Shown here: positions 1-8,494 of the stretch, one piece after another | Numbering within the stretch: the stretch's first letter is position 1 | Layout: every line of letters starts with the position of its first letter | DNA from: a virus | Taxonomy: Duplodnaviria; Caudoviricetes | Reading direction: 5' to 3' (one strand) | IMG/VR virus record: IMGVR_UViG_3300037419_001009 | Coordinates: 1-46,108 of that record | Length of the DNA stretch: 46,108 nucleotides | The notes under the pieces: generated by a model | The model's input: only the letters and a program-made list of their open reading frames with translations | What the model was told of the DNA's origin: nothing | Database searches by the model: none | Program-made: the position numbers and the translations under genes

Positions 1-127
1 GCATCCGCCCGGACACGAGCGATCCGCTCTATGACAAGCTGGTCGAGACCGCGACCGCCGTCCGAGACGAGTTCTACGACGAGACCGTCAAGAAGCTCAC
101 GGCCGAGAAGAAGGGCGCTCTGCTCAA
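1..127. repeat. 127-nt terminal duplication (assembly overlap), copy 1
   Basis: 1-127 is identical to 45982-46108 and lies inside the SSB ORF. Confidence 0.95.
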
Positions 128-569
128 GAAGCTGAACAAGGTCGAGGTTATCAAGCCGGAGGTCGACCGCGAGACCGGAGACGAGACCGGCGAGATGCTG
201 CTCCGCGCCGGCATGAAGCACCACATCGAGATCAAGAACGGGCCGAAGGCCGGACAGTCGTTCGATAAGGTGCCGGACTTCTTCAGCGCCCAGGGCGTTC
301 GTCTGAAGAACCCTCCGAAGATTGGCAGCGGTTCCGAGCTCAAGCTCTCGGTGCGCCTCGTCCCCTACCTGGCGCCGAACGACGGCTCGGTCGGGATCAG
401 CTATCAGCTTGAGGGCGTCCAAATCCTGAAGCTTGTCTCGGGCGGCCAGCGTAGCGCCAGCGACTATGGCTTCGGCGTCGAGGACGGCGACATCATCGAG
501 AACGACGATGGCGGCTTCAGCGATGAGACTCCCGTAGGCGCGAGCTCGGACTCTGAACGCGACTTCTAA
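1..569 (+). CDS. ssb: ssDNA-binding protein (T7 gp2.5-like), 3' part; starts at 45870 and crosses the window junction (226 aa)
   Basis: Frame continuous across the overlap; 'IGSGSELKL..GISYQLEGVQILKLV' and acidic tail ending in DF as in gp2.5. Confidence 0.9.
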   Translation, partial: IRPDTSDPLYDKLVETATAVRDEFYDETVKKLTAEKKGALLKKLNKVEVIKPEVDRETGDETGEMLLRAGMKHHIEIKNGPKAGQSFDKVPDFFSAQGVRLKNPPKIGSGSELKLSVRLVPYLAPNDGSVGISYQLEGVQILKLVSGGQRSASDYGFGVEDGDIIENDDGGFSDETPVGASSDSERDF

Positions 570-982
570 TGGAGCGCAAGTTCTTCCTGGCGGTTACCCC
601 TCGGGCGACCGCTAGGACCCGCTGCGGTTGCCGCGGGCGCTTTCCGAACATCTATAACGAGCCAGCATACAAGGAGTGGAAGGACGAGGCCATCGCGCAA
701 ATCCGCGCGTTGGACCCTCCCTTCCCCCTCGACGCTCCCTTTGAGGGCGACGTCTGGGTGGCCGTTGAGGTCATCGTCCGGCGGCCGGCCTCGACCAAGA
801 AGCGTCGACCCAAAGGCGATAGGGACAATTTCGAAAAGGGAGTGTTCGACGCCATCACCCAAGCTGGGGGATGGTGGAAGGACGACGACCAGATCGTGGA
901 AGGCCCCTTCCTGAAACGATGGGCGAAGGACGACGAGCCTGAGGGCTACCTCGTCACAGTCCGGTTCCGCGAGGACATATGA
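569..982 (+). CDS. rusA: RusA-family Holliday junction resolvase
   Basis: 'GDRDNFEKGVFDAI...WKDDDQIV' fits the RusA DxDNxxK...D...DDxQ catalytic pattern; occupies T7 gp3 position. Confidence 0.85.
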   Translation: MERKFFLAVTPRATARTRCGCRGRFPNIYNEPAYKEWKDEAIAQIRALDPPFPLDAPFEGDVWVAVEVIVRRPASTKKRRPKGDRDNFEKGVFDAITQAGGWWKDDDQIVEGPFLKRWAKDDEPEGYLVTVRFREDI

Positions 983-1530
983 AAACAATCGAACAGCTCC
1001 TTGACGAGCTGATCGCCCGCGAGGGCGGCTACTCCGACAACTCACGTGATGCCGGCGGCGCGACCATGTGGGGCATCACCGAAGCGGTGGCCCGTGCCAA
1101 CGGATACGGCGGCCCCATGCGGGAGCTACCGAAGGCGACCGCTAAGGAAATCTATCGGCGCCTCTACTGGACCCGGCCGGGGTTTGACCTAGTCGACAAC
1201 TCAGCACCCCGCATCGCGGCTGAGCTGTTCGACACCGGAGTAAACATGGGTCCAGCCGTCGCCACGACCTTTCTCCAGCGAGCGCTCACGGCGCTTAACC
1301 GTCGCGGACTCGATTATCCGGATTTGATCCCGGATGGGCGGATCGGCCCAGCCACTCTCGCGGCGCTTCATGCCTACTTGAGGCAGCGCCCGACCGATGG
1401 CGTAGAGGTCCTGATCCGGGCGCTCGATGCGCTCCAGGGCGAGCGCTACATCCGCCTCGCCGAGATGCGCCCCGGCAACGAGGAGTTCCTCTACGGCTGG
1501 CTCGCGAGCCGGCTGGAGAACGCAGCGTGA
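979..1530 (+). CDS. Endolysin, glycoside hydrolase family 108 with peptidoglycan-binding domain
   Basis: 'REGGYSD..DAGGATMWGIT', 'LFDTGVNMGP', 'DGRIGPATLAAL', 'FLYGW..R'. Confidence 0.9.
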   Translation: MKTIEQLLDELIAREGGYSDNSRDAGGATMWGITEAVARANGYGGPMRELPKATAKEIYRRLYWTRPGFDLVDNSAPRIAAELFDTGVNMGPAVATTFLQRALTALNRRGLDYPDLIPDGRIGPATLAALHAYLRQRPTDGVEVLIRALDALQGERYIRLAEMRPGNEEFLYGWLASRLENAA

Positions 1531-1868
1531 CGCGCCGTTCCCGCATCGAGACCGTCGCCGAGCACCTGAAACAGCGTGGCCACATCAGCGAAGGGAGCGC
1601 GCTCATTGAATATGGGCGCTTCCGCCTCGCCGACGTGATCCATCGGCTCCGCACTGAACGCTCCGACCTCCTCCCCGAGGGCATGGAGATCGTCACCATC
1701 CACAAGCGAGACACGAAAGGCGATAACTATGGCGAATATACCCTCGTCCCGACCAAAGCGGCGGCAGTCCGGCGCATGGTCGAAGCGGCGCGAGCCCGCG
1801 CTGACTCGCCCGAAGGTCGCCTATCCCAACGCGATTACCTTGGCTTTCATGGCAGCGCTCGAGCGTAA
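1527..1868 (+). CDS. Small winged-HTH protein
   Basis: 'HLKQRGHISEGSALIEYGRFRLADVIHRLR' HTH-like pattern; GTGA overlap with endolysin stop. Confidence 0.55.
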   Translation: MTRRSRIETVAEHLKQRGHISEGSALIEYGRFRLADVIHRLRTERSDLLPEGMEIVTIHKRDTKGDNYGEYTLVPTKAAAVRRMVEAARARADSPEGRLSQRDYLGFHGSARA

Positions 1869-1943
1869 TGGTGTGGAGGTTCCTGAAGGGACCAAAATGC
1901 CACTGCTTGAAGTGCCTGCCTGGTCGGGACCGCGCGACCGCGC

Positions 1944-3617
1944 ATGAAGCACCAGCACGAGAGCGAAAGCGCTCTCGTCTCGAAAGGGCCATGCGAAGAC
2001 TGCGGCTCCTCTGATGCCTGTGCTCTCTACGACGACGGACATAGTTTCTGCTTCTCCTGCGGAACGCATCACAAAGGTGACTCCACAGAGAAGCGCTCGC
2101 AATCCGACCCGGAGCCGCTCAGCCGCGACCTAATCCGCGGCGAGCTCGAGCCTCTCCGGAAGCGCAAGCTGGACCTCAAGACCGTTGAGAAGTTCGGCTA
2201 CCGGGTCGGAACCTACCAGGGCAAGCCCGTTCAGATTGCGCCCTACCACGACGCCACTGGCCGGGTGGTCGCTCAGAAGCTCCGGGACGCGGACAAGAAT
2301 ATGACCGTGCTGGGAGACCTGAAGAAGGCGCTGCCGCTTTTCGGCCAGCACCTTTGGCGGGACGGCGGCAAGATGGTCGTGGTCACCGAGGGCGAGATCG
2401 ACGCCATGAGCGTTGCTCAAGCTCAAGGGCTCCGGTGGCCTGCGGTGTCGATCCCGACTGGAGCGCGGGGCGCGGCCAAAGCAATAGCCGCGGCCGCCGA
2501 TTGGCTCGAGGGTTTCGAGCGGATCGTGCTCATGTTCGACATGGACGAGCCGGGACGCAAGGCGGCGGAGGAAGCCGCACGGCTCCTCACTCCGGGCAAG
2601 GTGTTCATCGCCAAGCTGCCGCTCAAGGACGCCAACGAGATGGTGGTCGCCGGCCGTTCGGCCGAGCTGGTCAACATCCCGTGGGACGCCCAGAGCTACC
2701 GACCGGACGGCATCCGCCGCGTGGCGGACCTCCGGGAGGCGGCTCTCGTGCCTCCCTCCTTTGGCCTCCCGTTCCCCTGGCGAGGCCCCACGGAGGCCAC
2801 CTACGGCATCCGCCGCCGCGAGCTTTACGGCTACGGCGCGGGGGTCGGCGTCGGCAAGACGACGGCGTTCAAGCAGCTAGCTCTGTCGACGGCAATGCCG
2901 TCCATCATCGAGCCGCATGACGGCCTGATCCTTCCGGTGGACGCTCTCCAGCCGCGGAAGGTCGGCACGCTCTTCCTCGAGGAGAACTCGCGTAAGACGC
3001 TCCGGACCCTGGCCGGCATGGCCATCGGTAAGCGGGTCCACGTCCCCGGCGTCGAGTTCGATGAGAAGGAGCTGGCGGCCGCGATGGATCGCCTAGAGCC
3101 CTACCTGTTCCTCTACGACCACTTCGGGGCGAAGGATTGGGAAGGGATCAAGGACCTCATTCGCTACATGGTCCTCGGAGAGGGGATCAAGGACGTGTTC
3201 CTGGATCACCTCACGGCACTCTTGGCGTTCGTTGAGGACGACCGGAAGGCGCTCGATGAGATCATGGCGGACCTCGCCAGCCTGGTCGAGCAACACGACT
3301 TCACGCTTCACTTCGTATCGCACCTGACGACCCCGACGGGCACAGCTCACGAGGAAGGCGGCCGGGTGCTCGAGAAGCACTTCACAGGCTCACGCGCCAT
3401 CGCTCGCTGGAGTCACAACCTCTTCGCCCTTGAGCGCGACAAGCAGGAACCAGACGCACCGACCACCTTCCGCATCCTGAAGGAGCGGGAGACGGGCGAC
3501 GCCACGGGCCGCAAGTTCGGGCTCTCCTACGACCGAGAGACGGGCCTCTTCCGTGAGGTGGCTCTCCCGGAAGACGCGGGCAGTTTTAAGGATGAGACGA
3601 GAACCAATGACTTCTGA
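1944..3617 (+). CDS. DNA primase/helicase (T7 gp4-like)
   Basis: Zn finger CEDC...CFSC, TOPRIM 'VVTEGEIDAMS'/'FDMDEPG', Walker A GAGVGVGKTT, 'FLDHL', 'VSHL'. Confidence 0.96.
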   Translation: MKHQHESESALVSKGPCEDCGSSDACALYDDGHSFCFSCGTHHKGDSTEKRSQSDPEPLSRDLIRGELEPLRKRKLDLKTVEKFGYRVGTYQGKPVQIAPYHDATGRVVAQKLRDADKNMTVLGDLKKALPLFGQHLWRDGGKMVVVTEGEIDAMSVAQAQGLRWPAVSIPTGARGAAKAIAAAADWLEGFERIVLMFDMDEPGRKAAEEAARLLTPGKVFIAKLPLKDANEMVVAGRSAELVNIPWDAQSYRPDGIRRVADLREAALVPPSFGLPFPWRGPTEATYGIRRRELYGYGAGVGVGKTTAFKQLALSTAMPSIIEPHDGLILPVDALQPRKVGTLFLEENSRKTLRTLAGMAIGKRVHVPGVEFDEKELAAAMDRLEPYLFLYDHFGAKDWEGIKDLIRYMVLGEGIKDVFLDHLTALLAFVEDDRKALDEIMADLASLVEQHDFTLHFVSHLTTPTGTAHEEGGRVLEKHFTGSRAIARWSHNLFALERDKQEPDAPTTFRILKERETGDATGRKFGLSYDRETGLFREVALPEDAGSFKDETRTNDF

Positions 3618-4065
3618 TGATGGACGGCGGTGCTCCTACATGGGCTTTTCATTTCCATGCGGAGCTGCGCTGCGGCTGCACGCCCGTTCTGCGTCCTATG
3701 ATGAGGCGGCTGCCCAATTCGAGCGAGATCGGAACTCTCTCCCGGAAGACGACGGGGCTCGCCTCGAGTTCCCTATGTTCGACGGGCTTATGGCCTACTT
3801 CCCCAACGCGCTAGCCGAGGTCGCGCGCGTCTCCAAGATTGGGAACGACCAGCATAACCCAGGTCAGCCTATGCATTGGGCGCGCGGCAAATCGACCGAT
3901 CACGCGAACAAGATCGCACGCCATTTGATTGACGTAGGTCGCAAGGATGCACGCGGTGTCCGCCACGCGGCTCGGCTCGCCTGGCGCGCTCTCGCACTCC
4001 TCCAAGAGGAGATAGAGCGAGAAGAAGGCGCCCCCCTGTCACGAGGATCGAAAGCAGCAGAATGA
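3607..4065 (+). CDS. dATP/dGTP diphosphohydrolase-like (DUF5664-type) protein
   Basis: 'ALAEVARVSKIGNDQH...W...IARHL...HAARLAWRALALL' pattern; ATG at 3607. Confidence 0.7.
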   Translation: MTSDDGRRCSYMGFSFPCGAALRLHARSASYDEAAAQFERDRNSLPEDDGARLEFPMFDGLMAYFPNALAEVARVSKIGNDQHNPGQPMHWARGKSTDHANKIARHLIDVGRKDARGVRHAARLAWRALALLQEEIEREEGAPLSRGSKAAE

Positions 4066-4418
4066 AGAAAATCTACATCGCCGGCCCGATGACCGGCTAC
4101 CCGGAGTTCAATTTTCCGGCGTTCTACGCTGCCGACGAGCAGCTCGCCGCCGCGGGCTGGCACGTGTTCAACCCCGCCGCGAAGGACGAGGAATATGACC
4201 TCGATCCGGAAGCGGTGGCAACCGGCGACGCCCAGCTAGCGGCAAAGGGCGGCTTCGACTTCCGCAAAGCCTATCTCTGGGACGTCTCGAGGATCATCGA
4301 AGGCGACGCCATCTACATGCTTAAGGGCTGGCAGTTCTCTCCAGGCGCGGTCGGCGAGCACGCGGTCGCGGTGGCCATGCAGCGCCATTATCCGGACTTC
4401 CAGATCATCTATCAGTAG
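4062..4418 (+). CDS. DUF4406 / nucleoside 2-deoxyribosyltransferase-like protein
   Basis: 'KIYIAGPMTGYPEFNFPAF...VFNPA...DAIYMLKGWQFSPGA..E'. Confidence 0.8.
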   Translation: MKKIYIAGPMTGYPEFNFPAFYAADEQLAAAGWHVFNPAAKDEEYDLDPEAVATGDAQLAAKGGFDFRKAYLWDVSRIIEGDAIYMLKGWQFSPGAVGEHAVAVAMQRHYPDFQIIYQ

Positions 4419-4492
4419 GCACTTCCCTATTGCAATGTAGGAAAAGCCTAAGCAGAACAGGACGAGAACAAACTCAACAGGAGTCGCACGCG

Positions 4493-4735
4493 ATGCCACG
4501 TCTCTATAACCACGCTCGCCTACTGATCTTTGATGCCTTGGTCGGGTTCTCCGAACGGCGTCTCGAAGATGCCGTCGTTGCCCTCGCCTTTCTGGGCAGG
4601 CAGCGGCGCCTCGCCAACGAAGCCTTAGATGGCGCCGAAGAGGACCTCCGTGAGGAGATCACCGGCCTTCAAGAGAAGCTCAAAGCCGCCAGCGCTGCCC
4701 GGCACAGGGTAGCGGCCCTGCTCAGCCGCCCATAA
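4493..4735 (+). CDS. Hypothetical coiled-coil protein
   Basis: AGGAG RBS at 4479-4483, ATG 4493. Confidence 0.6.
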   Translation: MPRLYNHARLLIFDALVGFSERRLEDAVVALAFLGRQRRLANEALDGAEEDLREEITGLQEKLKAASAARHRVAALLSRP

Positions 4736-4753
4736 CCCCAGCCGAGGAAGCCA

Positions 4754-6760
4754 ATGCTAGTCTTTGATACCGAGTCCGACGGCTTCCTCGACGACGCCAC
4801 CAAGCTCCACGTCATCAACCTCATAGACCGCGAGACGGGAGCGCGAGAAGCCTATCACGATCACCCGACGGTATCGTCGACAAATCGTGTCGGCTCACTC
4901 GCGGACGGCGTCGACCGTCTTCAAGAGGGGATCGCCGATGGTCGCCTGCTCGCCGGCCACAACATCATCCGACACGACCTTCCGTTAATTCAGAAGTTCT
5001 ACCCGGACTTCGTCTGGCATCCGAACGACACTCTCGACACCTTGGTAGTGTCGCGGCTCATCTGGACCGACCTCGAAGACATCGACCACCGCGCCCTGAA
5101 AAAGGGTAAGCGGCCGCCGGTGTTCCGCGAGAAGCGCCTCATGGGCAAACACTCCCTGGAAGCGTGGGGTTACCGGCTTGGGTTCCTGAAAGGGGACTTC
5201 CACGGACCCTGGGATACGTTCACGCCAGAGATGGCGGACTACGGCATCCTGGACCCCGAGGTCACCCTCAAGCTCGTCGAGAAGATCGAGGAGCAGGGCT
5301 ACTCGGAAGAGGCGATCCGGCTCGAGCACCGGGTGGCGGAGATCATCTTCCTCCAAGAACGGCACGGTTTCTACTTCGACCGCCTCGCCGCGGAGAAACT
5401 AGAGATCGAGCTGACTGCCGAAAAGGCACGCTTAGAGGATGAGCTCAGAAGCGCGTTTAGTCCGTGGTTTGAGCCGGAGCGCTACAAGGGAAAGATCGTC
5501 GAGGTCGATCCGAAGCGGAGGCGCACGGCTGCGGTCGGGGCTGAAACCGGAGAGGCTTGGCGGTCGAGCTACGAGCCCGGCGCGCCCTACTGTAAGGTCA
5601 AGCTGGTCTCTTTCGAGCCCGGTTCCCGCGATAAGATTGCTAACCGTCTGAAGACCCTCTTCGGCTGGACGCCAGTCGACTTCACCCCCACCGGAAAACC
5701 GAAGGTGGACGAAACGACGCTCGGCGGTCTGGACTATCCGGAAGCCAAGCTCCTGATCCGCTACCTCACCGTGGACAAGCGGCTCGGCCAACTCGCCACC
5801 GGCGACGAGGCGTGGCTGAAGAAGGTCAAGCCGGACGGCCGGATGCACGGCCGGGTCAATACCAACGGTGCCATCACTGGCCGGATGACGCACTCAGGGC
5901 CGAACATGGCCCAGGTGCCGGCGATCCGGCTGGATGACAATGACAAGCCCCTCCTCGGCTTCGAAGGTGGGTATGGTGTCGAGGCCCGCAGCCTCTTCCG
6001 AGCCGGGCCGGGCCAGGTCCTCGTGGGTGTTGATGCCGAGGGTCTCGAGCTTCGAGAGCTCGCCCACTACATGGCTCGCTACGATGACGGCGCCTACGTG
6101 GAAACCGTCGTCAATGGTAAGAAGGCCGACGGCACGGACGTCCACTCGGTCAACCGCGTCGCGATTGGCCTCAACAGCCGTTATAACGCGAAGACCTGGA
6201 CCTACGCCTACCTTTACGGGGCCGGCGACCTGAAGCTCGGTAAGATCGCCTATGACGATATGACCGAGCAGCAGAGGCTTGTGTTCAATAGCAAGCACAA
6301 GCCGGGACCGGATCGCGAGCGTGGTATTGCGCGGCTCGGGTCGAAGAAGCGGAAGCGGATCGAGAGCAGCCTCCCGGCGCTCGGCAAGCTTCAGGCCGCC
6401 ATCAAGGAAGCGGCCCGTTCAGCCAAGCAGCTACGTAGCCATGATGGTCGGATGCTCAACATCCGGGCTCAGCACGCCGCGCTCAATACGCTTCTTCAGG
6501 GCGGAGGGGCGGTCGTGATGAAGAAGGCTCTAGTCCTGGCTTACGACGCCTTTCTCAAAAAAGGCTGGGAGCACGGCCGCGAGTTCGCGTTCGTCGCTAA
6601 CGTCCACGATGAGTTTCAGATGGAGGTGCAGCCAGAATATGCGGAGGAGATCGGCCAGATTGCGGCCGATGCCATCCGCCGAGCAGGCGAAGCCTTCGAG
6701 CTCCGCTGCCCTCTCTCGGGCTCGGCGGATATCGGAGAGACGTGGGCGGCGACCCACTGA
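4754..6760 (+). CDS. DNA polymerase family A (T7 gp5-like) with 3'-5' exonuclease
   Basis: 'FDTESDG', 'GHNII.HD', 'SLEAWGYRL', 'DAEGLELR', 'AKTWTYAYLYGAG', 'NVHDEFQ'. Confidence 0.97.
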   Translation: MLVFDTESDGFLDDATKLHVINLIDRETGAREAYHDHPTVSSTNRVGSLADGVDRLQEGIADGRLLAGHNIIRHDLPLIQKFYPDFVWHPNDTLDTLVVSRLIWTDLEDIDHRALKKGKRPPVFREKRLMGKHSLEAWGYRLGFLKGDFHGPWDTFTPEMADYGILDPEVTLKLVEKIEEQGYSEEAIRLEHRVAEIIFLQERHGFYFDRLAAEKLEIELTAEKARLEDELRSAFSPWFEPERYKGKIVEVDPKRRRTAAVGAETGEAWRSSYEPGAPYCKVKLVSFEPGSRDKIANRLKTLFGWTPVDFTPTGKPKVDETTLGGLDYPEAKLLIRYLTVDKRLGQLATGDEAWLKKVKPDGRMHGRVNTNGAITGRMTHSGPNMAQVPAIRLDDNDKPLLGFEGGYGVEARSLFRAGPGQVLVGVDAEGLELRELAHYMARYDDGAYVETVVNGKKADGTDVHSVNRVAIGLNSRYNAKTWTYAYLYGAGDLKLGKIAYDDMTEQQRLVFNSKHKPGPDRERGIARLGSKKRKRIESSLPALGKLQAAIKEAARSAKQLRSHDGRMLNIRAQHAALNTLLQGGGAVVMKKALVLAYDAFLKKGWEHGREFAFVANVHDEFQMEVQPEYAEEIGQIAADAIRRAGEAFELRCPLSGSADIGETWAATH

Positions 6761-6779
6761 GAGAGACCCCCGTTACGTT

Positions 6780-7094
6780 ATGATCCAGAACGCTCGCGTT
6801 CGGGCACGCGCGGCGGGGGTTCCGTTCACTATAGCGACGACGGACATTGTGATCCCGACGCACTGCCCGATCTTGGGCATCCCCCTCTTCAAGGGGAAGC
6901 GCGGCGGCGGCGACAACAGCCCCTCGCTCGACCGGGTTCGGCCCGAGCGTGGCTACGTTCCGGGCAACATTATCGTCATCAGCAACCGAGCCAATCGGCT
7001 CAAATCGGACGCCAGCATCGAGGAGCTTCGCGACATCGCGAGCTTCTATGCGACCCTTCAGGGGGACGTCCGGGTTACAGGAGCAAGTCAATGA
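6780..7094 (+). CDS. HNH-type endonuclease-like protein
   Basis: 'CPILG...SLDRV.P..GYVPGNI.VIS.RANRLK' beta-beta-alpha-Me pattern. Confidence 0.7.
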   Translation: MIQNARVRARAAGVPFTIATTDIVIPTHCPILGIPLFKGKRGGGDNSPSLDRVRPERGYVPGNIIVISNRANRLKSDASIEELRDIASFYATLQGDVRVTGASQ

Positions 7095-7243
7095 ACTGTG
7101 CCGTGTGTGGCTCACCGCTGAGCCAAACTCGCTGCGGCCGCAATAGCAAGCGGGTCTGCCCGCGTGGCCACCCGCAACCTAGCGCACCGTCTCAGGAGAC
7201 GGTCGCCCGCAAAGCCGTCGAAGAACAAGGCATCGGCGAATGA
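7091..7243 (+). CDS. Small Zn-ribbon-like protein (50 aa, not in ORF track)
   Basis: MNCAVCG...CPRGH; ATGA overlaps at both ends. Confidence 0.6.
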   Translation: MNCAVCGSPLSQTRCGRNSKRVCPRGHPQPSAPSQETVARKAVEEQGIGE

Positions 7244-7470
7244 AACTCATCAAGGACATCCTCTTCGACGCGACCAATCAGTCGCTTGATGTCGGCCGTC
7301 TGATCGGCGTTATCTCGGTCCTCAGCGTCCTCGTGGCGGCCGCCGGAAACTTCTACCGAGGTCAGGCTATTGACCTCGGACCCACCGGGCTCCCCGGAGG
7401 TCTCGCTACGATCCTCGCGGCGGCGGCTCTCTACATCATGAAGGACCGCCAGCAGGCGGCCGGCAAGTGA
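7240..7470 (+). CDS. Putative holin
   Basis: 76 aa, two hydrophobic segments, charged C-terminus, upstream of spanins. Confidence 0.6.
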   Translation: MKLIKDILFDATNQSLDVGRLIGVISVLSVLVAAAGNFYRGQAIDLGPTGLPGGLATILAAAALYIMKDRQQAAGK

Positions 7471-7646
7471 ACCTCTTCCGCGCCGCTCTCGGGTTCCTCT
7501 TGCTGCTCATAGTGTTGGCCGCCGCGGCCAGCTGCGGCAGCGCTCAGGAACTTTGTCCGCGCCTCCCGGATACCCACCGGGTAACCCCCGCGGACCCTTA
7601 CGAGTCCCCTCAAGCGCTCCAGCCGGACAACCGGAGTATCGCCTAA
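7467..7646 (+). CDS. Small putative lipoprotein (59 aa, not in ORF track)
   Basis: GTG start; MNLFRAALGFLLLLIVLAAAASC signal/lipobox-like; overlaps both neighbours. Confidence 0.6.
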   Translation: MNLFRAALGFLLLLIVLAAAASCGSAQELCPRLPDTHRVTPADPYESPQALQPDNRSIA

Positions 7647-8227
7647 TGGGAGCCGCAATCGGCACCGCGGCTGGTGCCTTCGTCAGCTTCCTCGGGAAGC
7701 TCAGTCTCCGCATCAACTGGCAGGGCTGGCTTGGCCTAGCCCTCGGTCTGGCTCTCGGCTTCCTTCTCGTCATGCAGAAGGGCGAGACCCGCCATTGGGA
7801 GAAGGAAAGCCACCGCTTCGAGCAGCTCTACCGGCTCGAGGTTGCAGCCCACCAGGCCGACCTGGTCACCTATCGCGACGCCGTTAGGCGAGCCGAGGAG
7901 GCGGACAAGGCCAACGCTCAGCGCGTCGTCGCCGAGCAGGCTGCCATCAACTCCACACGAGGTTCCTCATATGAAACACGCATTGCCGCTGCTCGCGCTC
8001 GCGCTCGCGGCCTGCCACACGGCCCGTCCGGAGACCATCAAAGCGGTCCCGGAGCAGCGCCAGTGCCCGGCCTACCCGCTGCCGCCGGAGGGGCTCCTGA
8101 AGGCGCCGATCAAGACGGACTTTCTGCCGACGACCGCCTCCTCGCAACCGAGCAAGCCATCCAGCTCGACGAGCTCATCAAATGGGTCCGTCAGCAGCAT
8201 GGGGTCGACATCAACGGGAGGCAGTAA
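7646..8227 (+). CDS. Inner-membrane spanin (Rz-like)
   Basis: N-terminal TM 'WLGLALGLALGFLLV', Ala-rich coiled coil, overlapping lipoprotein gene. Confidence 0.8.
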   Translation: MGAAIGTAAGAFVSFLGKLSLRINWQGWLGLALGLALGFLLVMQKGETRHWEKESHRFEQLYRLEVAAHQADLVTYRDAVRRAEEADKANAQRVVAEQAAINSTRGSSYETRIAAARARARGLPHGPSGDHQSGPGAAPVPGLPAAAGGAPEGADQDGLSADDRLLATEQAIQLDELIKWVRQQHGVDINGRQ

Positions 8228-8231
8228 ATGA
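7971..8231 (+). CDS. Outer-membrane spanin lipoprotein (Rz1-like) in +1 frame of Rz
   Basis: GAGG RBS; MKHALPLLALALAAC lipobox; Pro-rich with second Cys. Confidence 0.82.
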   Translation: MKHALPLLALALAACHTARPETIKAVPEQRQCPAYPLPPEGLLKAPIKTDFLPTTASSQPSKPSSSTSSSNGSVSSMGSTSTGGSK

Positions 8232-8494
8232 GCCGGGCCGTGATCCTCTATCGCGTTCGGTCTCGCGAAGACCCTACCAAGTGGCGATCCTACGCTGAAA
8301 GCTTCAGCCGCGGAAAGCCGTTTGAGGACGCGCAGCTCTGGCGCAATCCCAAGAGTGCCGCAAAGGAAGCCAAGTATCAAGAAGAACGGCGAGCCTGGTC
8401 TCAGGAGTTGGTCGACAAGGGAGTTCACAAAGAACTCAGTTATATGGGGCCGTGCGACGTTGTCGCCGTCCGCATTGAGGAGCCGGGTTCCTGA
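8228..8494 (+). CDS. Hypothetical protein
   Basis: ORF overlaps both neighbours. Confidence 0.6.
   Translation: MSRAVILYRVRSREDPTKWRSYAESFSRGKPFEDAQLWRNPKSAAKEAKYQEERRAWSQELVDKGVHKELSYMGPCDVVAVRIEEPGS

Noticed and set aside
1-127. Terminal 127-nt repeat as the biological terminal repeat
   Set aside because: It cuts through the SSB gene and its length matches a common assembler k-mer; real ends are expected near 33.2-34.1 kb.
3607-4065. Z-DNA (diaminopurine) system
   Set aside because: No PurZ-like gene seen anywhere in the genome.
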